64,000 bases of DNA from the NCBI GenBank assembly GCA_965203055.1, contig OZ241863.1, positions 1,344,001 to 1,408,000 on the forward strand. Direction: 5' to 3'. Source of the DNA: Spirochaetia bacterium (GTDB lineage: Bacteria > Spirochaetota > Spirochaetia > SZUA-6 > Bin103). Positions 50,790-61,704 of this stretch are shown in pieces. The notes under the pieces are model-generated. The model had not been told where the DNA came from, searched no databases, and saw only the letters and a list, made by a program, of their open reading frames with translations. The stretch's first letter is position 1, and each line of letters starts with the position of its first letter. Position numbers and translations under genes: made by a program.

Positions 50790-51737
50790 TCAGGCGGCGG
50801 GGAACGCCGCCCGATACCGGTCCCAGACCTCCGCGCCGAGCGGCGTGCCGGCGGCGCGGACGTTGCGCTCCAGTTGAGCGGCGTCGAGGCTGCCGATCGG
50901 GTTGCCGTGGATGCGGGGCTCCCGCAGGCAGAACTGCAGGGCAAGTTGCAGCAGATCGATCCCTTCGCCGCGGCACCACTGCCGGCGCCGGCGCGCCGCG
51001 GCGACGTCGTCGGCGTGCCGGTAGTTGCCATGCTCGCTGGCGGCGTCGACGTCGACCCCGGTCAGCAGACCGCGCAGGATCGACCAGCCGTTCATCACCC
51101 CGACTCCGGCGGCCGCGGCGGCCGGCAACACCCCGTGCGCGGCGCCCTGGCGGAGCAGATGGTAGTCGTTGAAGCACAGCAGGAAGTCGACGTCGCCGGT
51201 GGCGATGGCCTGGCGGTGAAACTGGTGCGGGCGCATCCCGTAGCCGACGTTGCGCACTAGGCCGCGCGCCTTGAGGCGGAGCAGACCGGCCAGGGTGCCG
51301 TTCGCGGCCAGCGTCGGCTCCATCGTGGGCGGGTCGTGGATCAGCATGCCGTCGAAGTAGTCGGTGCCGAGCATGGCGAGCTGCTCCTCCACGTCGCGCA
51401 GCACCCGCTCCGCCGAATAGTCGGGCGCGCCGTCGCCGTAGCCGCCCCATTGGGCCGCGGAGTGACAGCACAGCCGCCCGGTGATGATCACCTCGCGGCG
51501 CGGAACTTCGCGCAACGCCAGTCCCAGCTTGCGCATCGAGTCGCCGTAGCAACGGGCGCAATCGAAGTGATTTACCCCCAGCGCAACGGCATGCTTGACC
51601 AACGCCACGGCGTCGGCGTCGGCCACGAAGCCGAAGTGGTTGCCGAAACCCTGGGTACCGAACGGAATGACCGGGATCGAGAGCCCGGTCTTGCCGAGCA
51701 CGCGGCGCGGCGGCGGGGAGGGCAATGCCTGATTCAC
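50790..51737 (-). CDS. Aldo/keto reductase family oxidoreductase
   Basis: RRVLGKTGLSI, GVNHFDCARCYG, LGTDYFDGMLIHDP; GTGA overlap with the ThuA-like stop. Confidence 0.85.
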   Translation of the reverse strand: MNQALPSPPPRRVLGKTGLSIPVIPFGTQGFGNHFGFVADADAVALVKHAVALGVNHFDCARCYGDSMRKLGLALREVPRREVIITGRLCCHSAAQWGGYGDGAPDYSAERVLRDVEEQLAMLGTDYFDGMLIHDPPTMEPTLAANGTLAGLLRLKARGLVRNVGYGMRPHQFHRQAIATGDVDFLLCFNDYHLLRQGAAHGVLPAAAAAGVGVMNGWSILRGLLTGVDVDAASEHGNYRHADDVAAARRRRQWCRGEGIDLLQLALQFCLREPRIHGNPIGSLDAAQLERNVRAAGTPLGAEVWDRYRAAFPAA

Positions 51738-52384
51738 TCGGCGGCTCCTTGCCCGGCGTCCGGTCCGCACCACGCCAGGCAGTTGCGCAATATGCATTGA
51801 TACGCCGGGTGTTGCCACACCTCCGGGTTGTGGCCGGGGGTGAGCATACAGACCCGGCCTGCGCCGTGGCGGCGGGTCCAGCCCGCCGGTTGGGTGCCGT
51901 GCTCGGAGGCGGTGCGCAGAAACAGGTCCACCTGGGGATCGTTCATTGCCATCCGATAGTGTTCGTCCCGCAGGGTGAACGCGCTGCTGCCCCGGGTCAG
52001 GGGATGACCCGGCCGCGGCTGGACGGTGACCGGACACTGCGGCGGGTGGCCGGCGAAGACGCCGCCCATGAGCCGGCGCAGTGAAGGCGAGTCGTCGTAC
52101 AATGCCGAGCCGGAGTGCAGCACCAGCAGGCCGTTGCCGCGCGCCACGTAGTCGGCCAGGGCGCGGCCCTCGGTCTCGGTGGCCCACGGCGCCGAATCGG
52201 TCTGCGAGCGGTTGTTGGCCTTGGAGAAGATCACCAGCGGATATTCGGCCATCCGCTCCGCGGACCAGCGGTCAGGGTCTTCGAGCCAGTCGAACCGGAG
52301 GCCGCAGTCGCCAAGGCCAAGCAATCCGGCGCGGGTGAGCGCACCGGGATGGGCGCTGTCATCGCACAACACGAGCGTACGCAT
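51734..52384 (-). CDS. ThuA-like (trehalose utilisation) domain protein
   Basis: GNGLLVLHSG, GGVFAGHP, DEHY, GAGRVCMLTPGH. Confidence 0.8.
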   Translation of the reverse strand: MRTLVLCDDSAHPGALTRAGLLGLGDCGLRFDWLEDPDRWSAERMAEYPLVIFSKANNRSQTDSAPWATETEGRALADYVARGNGLLVLHSGSALYDDSPSLRRLMGGVFAGHPPQCPVTVQPRPGHPLTRGSSAFTLRDEHYRMAMNDPQVDLFLRTASEHGTQPAGWTRRHGAGRVCMLTPGHNPEVWQHPAYQCILRNCLAWCGPDAGQGAAE

Positions 52385-52554
52385 ATCTGTTTCTGTATCG
52401 GCGCCGCGGCGAGTGGAGCGGAGTATGTCGAAGCGCTGGCATCAGATTCCTCCCCCAGCGCGCGAGCCGCGGGCATTGGCCTGACAGGCCATTGCCGCGG
52501 TCGGCGTAGCGCAAATCGGCGGGCGCATTAAGGTGACGTTCTCGGCGATCTTGG

Positions 52555-53949
52555 TCACCGGTGTACCGGCGCCTGACGATCCTCGCCGGGGCGCCCGAAT
52601 CCGGCGCCGGCGTGGCGGTAGCGGTGATGGGCGGCGCACAGCAGGCGGAGATTGTTCGGCTCGGCGGCGCCGCCGCAGGCATACGGCACGACGTGATCGA
52701 TCTGCAGCAGGTGTTGGGAGCCGCAGCGGCGCCCGCTGGTGCGGTCCACGTAGCGGCAGCGGCCCCGGTCGCGCCGCCAGACCTCGCGCTTGACCGCCGC
52801 CGGGATGGCGCGGCCGGGCACGCCCGGCTTCGCTGCCGAAGTCTGGGTCCGCGGCGGCGCAGCCGGCTGCGCGCACGCCGTCGCAGCCTGCCGGCCGAGA
52901 CGCCGCGTCTTCGGCGCCGAAGTTGCGTCGCCCGCCGGCTTCGCTGCCGAAGTGTCCGGGCGGTCCGGGCGGTCCGGGCGGCGGTTCGCCTTCAACGGCG
53001 AAGCGGCTTCGCCTCCCGGCTGCGCCGGCGCCTGAGCCGATACCTTCGCCGCCGAAGGAGCGGCGCTGTCCGCGCTGGCCTCCTGCTTCGCTGCCGGGGC
53101 AGCGCCGCGAGCCGAGGCCGCCTGCGTCTTCGGCGCCGAAGTCTGCTCGGCTCCTTTGGCCGGCGCGGCGCGCCGCCCACGCGGCGGCCGGGCCGGGTCG
53201 TGGCGGTCGAGCCCTTCCCGCACCAGCCGCGCCATGAGCTGTCCCAACTTCAGGTGCGGATCGACGTGGGACAGGAGGCCCTTGAGCCGCTCCAAGCCCC
53301 GCCGGCACTCATCGTCGATCACCGCCTTGAGCTCCCAGCGCCCGCCGCCCAGGGGCCGCACCCGATCCGCCGGCGCCGCCAGCTCCGGGTCCACCTCGGC
53401 CAGCAACTGCATCACCTCTCGGCTGCTCTTGCCGGACGCCTGCTCCACCAGCTCCCGCCGCGCCTCCGGGTCCAGCACCGGCACCGACCCCGGTTTCCGC
53501 TCCGCCGGCCGCGGCGGCGCCGAGCCCTCCTGCGACTGAGCGGCAGCCCCGAACCCGGCCCCGCCCGGCGCGCTACGCGCCGCGCGTTCCTTCTTGCGCT
53601 CCTGCCGGTCGAACGCATGCTGCAACTGCGCGGCCGCGTTCAGCGTCATTGAGCCATTCCGCAGGCGCTCGCGCACGCCGTCGACGTCCGCGCAGAGCCG
53701 CATCGCCTTGATGCGCCGCCACGCCGCGGCGTCGCTGTAACCCAGCTCGCGCACCGCGTAATCGAACAGACTCGAGAACCCGCGCCGCAGGTATAGGCGG
53801 CGCTTCTGAATCTCGCGCAGGTGGTCGATCACGACCACTTCGAGATGGTGTTCGATGCGGGAAAGTTCCTTGGTCCGCTCCAGCAAGCGGTCGTCTGAGA
53901 GGGCGGAAACGGTAGTGGTGACGGCCCCGACGGAAGCATGATTGTTCAT
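52555..53949 (-). CDS. HNH endonuclease with helical N-terminal domain and repetitive Ala/Pro linker (copy 2, intact)
   Basis: RRGFSSLFDYAVRELGYS N-terminal block; C-terminal VWRRDRGRCRYVD..RRCG..LQIDHVVPYACGG..NLRLLCAAHH. Confidence 0.88.
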   Translation of the reverse strand: MNNHASVGAVTTTVSALSDDRLLERTKELSRIEHHLEVVVIDHLREIQKRRLYLRRGFSSLFDYAVRELGYSDAAAWRRIKAMRLCADVDGVRERLRNGSMTLNAAAQLQHAFDRQERKKERAARSAPGGAGFGAAAQSQEGSAPPRPAERKPGSVPVLDPEARRELVEQASGKSSREVMQLLAEVDPELAAPADRVRPLGGGRWELKAVIDDECRRGLERLKGLLSHVDPHLKLGQLMARLVREGLDRHDPARPPRGRRAAPAKGAEQTSAPKTQAASARGAAPAAKQEASADSAAPSAAKVSAQAPAQPGGEAASPLKANRRPDRPDRPDTSAAKPAGDATSAPKTRRLGRQAATACAQPAAPPRTQTSAAKPGVPGRAIPAAVKREVWRRDRGRCRYVDRTSGRRCGSQHLLQIDHVVPYACGGAAEPNNLRLLCAAHHRYRHAGAGFGRPGEDRQAPVHR

Positions 53950-53955
53950 GACATA

Positions 53956-53990
53956 AGTATAGTCATGGAAACTACTTGAGTCAAGTAGTT
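53956..53990 (-). promoter_or_regulatory. Sigma70 promoter (TTGACT-17-TATACT) of HNH copy 2 with a perfect palindrome AACTACTTGA-N-TCAAGTAGTT over the -35
   Basis: -35 at 53984-53979, -10 at 53961-53956, palindrome at 53970-53990, ATG 6 nt after the -10. Confidence 0.8.
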
Positions 53991-54056
53991 CGGGCCCGTA
54001 ATATGCCACCTGTGGGCGTGACTCGGCGGCGCATCTCCAAACGGTTGGACGTTCCA

Positions 54057-54962
54057 TCAGAAGTTACTGCCGAGAATGTCGCCGGCGTCGACAGGGCGCG
54101 ATCTACCGGGTACCGAGGGGGCGGCGGCGGTGCCGGCGCGGGCTTCGGCGGCGGCGCGGTCGGCGTTGAGGGCGAGGAGGCGGGCGAGCACTTCGTCGCG
54201 GACTTCGTCAGGCCAACGCCAGCGGTAGGGCTTCTTCTTGCGGCCCCAGGAGGCCTCATCGATCGCGTAGTCGAGGAGGAGGCCGCAGGCGGTCGGAATG
54301 TCGCTCCAGCCGTAGGCGTCGAGCACGGCGCGGTCCATGGCGGCGTGCAGCTCGCGCAGTTCGGCGATGCGCGGGTCGGTCTCGTAGAGATCGTGAAAGC
54401 GGTTGTAGGTTTGGGTCATGCCTTCGCCGTTGTCCACCATGAGCGCGGCGCGGTGTTCGTAGTATGCCCTGCCGGCGGCTTCGAGGGCGGGATGAGTGTC
54501 CCAGCCGTCCGGGAACGGGAAGGTCTCGAAGCAATCGGAGGGGGTATAGCGGAGGTCGTCCTTCATTGACGAGCCAAGGAAGCGGACCCAGACTTCGTGC
54601 GGGCGGGATTGTAACGCGCAGAGTGCCGAGTACGTCTGGAACGGATAGACATTCAACGTGTGGGCATACACTTTGTTGGAAGGTAAGAAGGCGAACTGGA
54701 GGTTCGCGCTGACCTGAGAGTTGGCCAATACGCGCTCCATTCCCGCGATGGCAGCATAGAGGTCCTTGGCGTGGTGCATGAACTGCCACCACACGGCCGC
54801 CCGATGTCCATGGCCTGACTTGCTTCGTTTGGTCGATGCCAAACGGGCCGGCTTTACTTTCTCCTCCAAGATCGCTAGCAAATCGGGCCAGCGCCGGCGA
54901 CATTCCTCCTCGCTTCGCTCGCCGAGATTGGTGACGTAGCGATGGTGCTCGTGGGTTGGCAA
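54057..54962 (-). pseudogene. C-terminal fragment of the DISARM DrmMI-like / Eco57I-type methyltransferase split by IS21
   Basis: PTHEHHRYV, LQSRPHEVW..SSMKDDLRYTPSDCFETFPFP, LRELHAAMDRAVLDAYGW, RDEVLARLLALN. Confidence 0.85.
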
Positions 54963-55296
54963 GCACGAGAAGCGGCGGCGCAGGAGGCGCCGTCGAGGTC
55001 CCGCTAGAGCGGTCAGATCGGCGCCGGTCGGGAGGGCGTGATGGCGCTTGCGAACGGCTGGTGGCGGCGGGACGGTAGCGCGGGAGCAACTGCCGGCGGG
55101 CGGTCGCCGGCGCCATTCGCAAGCGCCTCCCGCTGGCAGTGAGCGCGGACCCGCGGAGGGGGGCGGGCAGGTGGTCGAGCGAAGCTTGGTACTCGTCCCG
55201 GAGGTCGCGCAGCGCGCGCACCCATCGGCTATTGAGCAGCGTTACGTAACGGCCGCTGACCGGCTGCTGCTGCGCTGCTCGCCGCAGGCGGTTCCG

Positions 55297-55584
55297 TCAG
55301 TCGCGGCCGTAGCCGAGCGGCGGCTCGATGCTCTCCAGGTCAGCCAGATCAAGCTCGCAGATCGCCTCCAGCTTGGCGCCGAGCGCGGATTCGCGGAGCG
55401 GGTCGGGCAGGTTGTCGAGCCAAGCCTGGTACTCGCCCTGGAGGTCGCGCAGGGTGCGCACCGCATCCTGCCAGCGTTGCGGGCGCGACCGGCGGTCGTG
55501 CGGCTTGCGGTACTGTACTTGGCGGGCCTCGGCCTTGCGGCGCGCGCGATAGCGGCGTTGGCGTGCCGCGTTGGTCAACGCCAT
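55297..55584 (-). CDS. Small IS21 passenger protein with basic N-terminus (MALTNAARQRRYRARRK), putative DNA-binding
   Basis: 95-aa ORF starting 3 nt after the istB stop. Confidence 0.6.
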   Translation of the reverse strand: MALTNAARQRRYRARRKAEARQVQYRKPHDRRSRPQRWQDAVRTLRDLQGEYQAWLDNLPDPLRESALGAKLEAICELDLADLESIEPPLGYGRD

Positions 55585-55587
55585 CGG

Positions 55588-58022
<2,435 letters not shown>

Positions 58023-58199
58023 TTACGGGTGAAATCTCGGAGCACCCTATCAACGCCGGGCCGGCCACGATCACCGACTGCGAAGCCCCCACGCGGAGCG
58101 CCGCCGCGGGCCGGTGGCTACGGTCGGGCTACGCCCTCCCGCCGCCACCGGCGGCCCCTCCGATCCTCCTCTGTCGGAGGCCGCCGCCCTACTCGCGCG

Positions 58200-58243
58200 T
58201 TCTCATCTTGATTGTCGCTGCATTCTCATCTTGATTGTCGCTG
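58200..58243. repeat. Two 21-nt direct repeats TTCTCATCTTGATTGTCGCTG at the IS21 left end (IstA-binding sites)
   Basis: Identical copies at 58200-58220 and 58223-58243. Confidence 0.85.
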
Positions 58244-58247
58244 AACA

Positions 58248-61200
58248 GCCGTTGCATGTCGGCGAGCGGTGACGCGACGCCTTTCTTGTCGGTGTCGTCG
58301 AAGGTGAAGCCCATGCCAAGTATGGAGCTCCCAACAAAGCTCTTGCCGGTGTTCGCCGCAAGCCGTACGGGGTCGGCATGACCGCCGCGATGAAACAGGA
58401 ACGCCGTGATGCGGTTCACCGGCGTACCGTCGAGCATCCTTCTGCCCGACGACTTGCCCTTCTCTATGTGTACCACGCTGACGACGACCGCGGCATCGCC
58501 AGGCCATTTGACCCGCTTGGTGGCGCGGTAGATATGACCGCCATGCTCGCAGATCCAGCGCAGACCGCTGGATCGGGTATCTCCTTGGGCAATGGTGTTC
58601 GTAGCGATCAATCCGAGTGCCCCGCCGTTTCGTAGCAAGTCAAAGGCGCGCCGGTAGAAGTGGGCAACCACGTCACACTTGCCGGCGCTTCCGGGATGTT
58701 GGGTGCGGAGCCAGTCGGTGTAATGGCTCACGTTGCCGTCGACTGTTGTAACGTGACCTGCGAACGGCGGGTTGCCCACGAAGCCGTCGAAGCCGGGGTT
58801 CTCCCGCTCGAACACCTCGGGAAACTCGATCTCCCAGTGGAACGGCGCAAAGGGCACCTCGGCGTTACGGCGCGCCTTCAACTCCGCGGCGTAGCGCCGC
58901 GCCTGCCGCGTCAGGATTGCTTCCTGATACGCCTCCAGGCGGGCCGTGCGCTCCTTCGGCTTCGAGCCCTCGAAGAACGCCGCCAGCGTCAGATCGCCGA
59001 ATCGCCGCACCTCGGTCAGCACGTCCCGCGCTGCGCGCCACAGCGTCCGCAGCTGCCGCTCGGTCACGGTGTCGTCCGCTTCCCGAATCCGGCGCCGCAA
59101 CGCGGCGGCCTGTTCCATCGCCTCGCGCACCCCGAAGCCGGCCAGGATCGGCTGCCCGCCCTGCCAGTGCAGCGCTTCGATCTGCCGCCGCGTCAGCCCC
59201 ACCAGCGAGTCGCCGCGGCGGAAGGCGTGGTCCACGAAGGTGAACGGATGGTCGCGCGCCAGCGTGCTCAACCACAGCGACACCTTGGCCAGGTCCACCG
59301 CCATCGGGTTGCGGTCGATGCCGTACAGACACCGCTGCGCCACCAGCCGGCGCGCGAAGGTCACTTGGTCCTCATCCGGCGGAACGTCGGGCGTGGCGCC
59401 GTGCGCGCCCCATGCCTCGATCAGCGCGTCGGCCAACTGGCGGCAGGTCTCCACCAGAAACGCCCCCGAGCCCATCGCCGGATCGCAGATCTTGAGATCG
59501 AGGAGCTCCTCCGGCTCCGGCGGACGGCCGTCCGCCCCGCGCAGCCGCTCCAGCAGCGGCGCCAGGGTGTGGCGCACGATCGGCTCGGTCAGCTCGCGCG
59601 GCGTGTAGTGCGAGCCGGAACGGCGCCGCTCCTCGTTGGGCTGCAGCACCAGCCCGCCGCGCGGCACCAGGTCCGGCGTCGCGGCGTGATCCAGCACCCG
59701 GTCCAGCGCCGCGTGCAGGTCGTTCACCGTCCGCGCGGCGCGCAGCCCCTTGGCGACCGCGGCGCTGACGGGGCGGTCGGCGCGCTCCTGCAGCCAGCGC
59801 CCGCGGCGCGCGGGGGGATGCGCCAGCAGCGCGTCCAGGTCGATGGTGGTGGGCGCGCCCAGCTTCTTCGCCGGCTTGACCGCCAGCGAACGCCCGGTCG
59901 CAGTCTCCAGGCGAAACCCCATGATCGTCTCGTACACCGAGCCGATCTGCTCCACGTCCAGCGTCCGGTAGGAGAGCCGCTCCCCGTCCAGCACCAGCAG
60001 CTTTTCCAGCACCCGGTAGACCACCCCGTCCGACACCCGCGGCGGCTCCAGCCGCGCGTGCCGCTGCCGCGACCCGCCGCCGCTGCGGCCCTCCAGAAAC
60101 CGGTAGCGGTCGGGATCGAACAGCGCCCCGCGGCGCTCCGGCAGACTCACCGCGCCGCCGGTGCGGTCAGCCGGCACCCCGTCGTGGAGCAGGCGAAACA
60201 GCACCACCAACTGCGCCCAGGCGCCATAGCGCTGATCCATGGTGTCCGGGTAGGCCGCAGCGTCCTTGCGCAGCCGCCGGTAGAGGCCGCCCAGCAAGTA
60301 GTGGCGCGCGAAGGTCTCGTCCTTTGGCAGCAGGCCGCGCTCCTCCGCGTACAGCAGAAAGACCAGCCGCAGGATCACGGTGAGCAGCCCGCGGTAGATG
60401 GCGTTGCGGTCCCCGCCGGCCGCCAGCGGCTCGCTCAGCAGCGCCCCGTCGGTGGCGGCATGGGCGTTCTGGAAGCCGCGCACCAGTTCGTACAGCGCGT
60501 GCAGCACCTGCTCGGCCAAGCGTTCGGAGACCTCGTTCTGGTACAGCCGGCTGTCGGCCAGCACGGCGGTGAGGCGTTCATGACGCGGCAGCGCCAGCAG
60601 CCGCTGTTCGGACAGAAGCAGGTGCAGGGCGGAACACAACGGGCGCCCGGCGGTAGTGAGCAGGTCGGCGAAGCGGAAATCGATCCAGCCGGAACTCTCG
60701 CCGTGCGGGGCGGAGATCAGGCGCAGCGCAACGCCGTTGACCAGCACGCCGGCGCGCACCCCGGTGGCGCGCAGCAGGCGTTCGGCGCGCCCCTGGGCGG
60801 ATGCGTCCAGCCCGCCGGGGCCGGGCGCCGGGCGGTCGAACTCCTGGCCGGCGGCCAGCACCTGCACCAGCAGTTGCCACGGCGAGTCGCCGTTCGCCGG
60901 GTCGCGCTCGCGCACCGCGAAGTCGGGGCGCAGGGTCTCGCCGTAATCGGGCAGCGGCAGCGTGAGTTCTTCAGGGATCGGAGTTTCTGCAGTGAAGCCG
61001 GCGTAGCCCCGGGGCGAGAAGCCCCAGCCGAGCACTGCGGCGGCGAACTCGCGGAAGTCGCGGATGCATGCGATAGGCTGCCGGTCGGGAGCGAGCGGAG
61101 CGAGCTCGCGTTCCTCGGCGCAGCCGGCGAGCAGCGCCTGCCGGTGGGCGTCCTGCCGGTTGACGAACGCGCCCGCCTTGAGCAGCGCCGGCGGCGACAC

Positions 61201-61272
61201 CACCAAGCCGTGCGGCTGGATGTAGCCCAGCCATTCCAGGTGCGCGCGCGTGTTCGGATCGGCAGCAGGCAT
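58248..61272 (-). pseudogene. N-terminal part of a DISARM class I DrmMI-like N6-adenine methyltransferase, interrupted by IS21
   Basis: AHLEWLGYIQPHGLVVSPPAL, LSYRTLDVEQIGSVYE, RRRSGSHYTP, DPAMGSGAFL, GNPPF. The frame runs into the IS left end and stops at 58189. Confidence 0.85.
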
Positions 61273-61606
61273 CGTTTTCAGCAGCCCTCATAATAGCCTA
61301 CCCGACGACCAAGGGGACGCAGGTAGCGCCGGCGGCAGAGCGGACAGGAGGCTTCTTGCCAGGGTCTGCCAACAAATTGGAAATGCGCCCTCGGCGCGGT
61401 GGGTTGACACTTGCGGCGCGCTGCTGGCAAGTTGCAGGCGGTTGGTTACCAAGCACGTTACTGGGCCTGGGCTTGGCGTCGTTGACGGGCACCCCGGGTC
61501 GGGCATCGCCTGATGTCCATGCCGACGAAACTTTAATGTTGAGGAGGTAATTGTCAGTTGAGTGAAATACGAGCCCGTGTGAGGTATCGCACGGGCTGAT
61601 CCACCT

Positions 61607-61639
61607 GGGCCGCCCTCCGAAGGGGCGGCCCTTTCTTTT
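61607..61639 (+). terminator. Rho-independent terminator
   Basis: GGGCCGCCC(T)-ccgaa-(G)GGGCGGCCC stem followed by TTTCTTTT. Confidence 0.75.
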
Positions 61640-61704
61640 CCGAACGCGGCCACGGCGCGGTACGGCCGGCAGCGCGGCGCTCGCGGTGGTACACTTGACC
61701 ACCC

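Noticed and set aside
52466..52500. Imperfect inverted repeat between the ThuA-like gene and the HNH gene
   Set aside because: No U-tract and no second copy beside HNH copy 1, so it cannot be called a terminator, REP or element end.
52828..53141. CRISPR array interpretation of the hairpin repeats
   Set aside because: Repeats are only 14 nt, spacing is irregular but always in frame within a coding region, and no cas genes are present. Kept as a non-CRISPR finding.
58189..61272. Intact 1027-aa methyltransferase as given by the ORF track
   Set aside because: The last ~19 codons derive from the IS21 left end; the true C-terminus lies at 54057-54962.
61432..61485. Classical trp attenuator leader
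   Set aside because: No aromatic amino acid biosynthesis gene lies downstream, the TTG start overlaps the putative -10, and there is no SD. Mentioned only as one possibility in the finding.
61510..61531. Hammerhead ribozyme-like CTGAT-GTC..GAC-GAAAC
   Set aside because: The core requires CUGANGA before stem II; the GA is missing and I could not build stems I and III.
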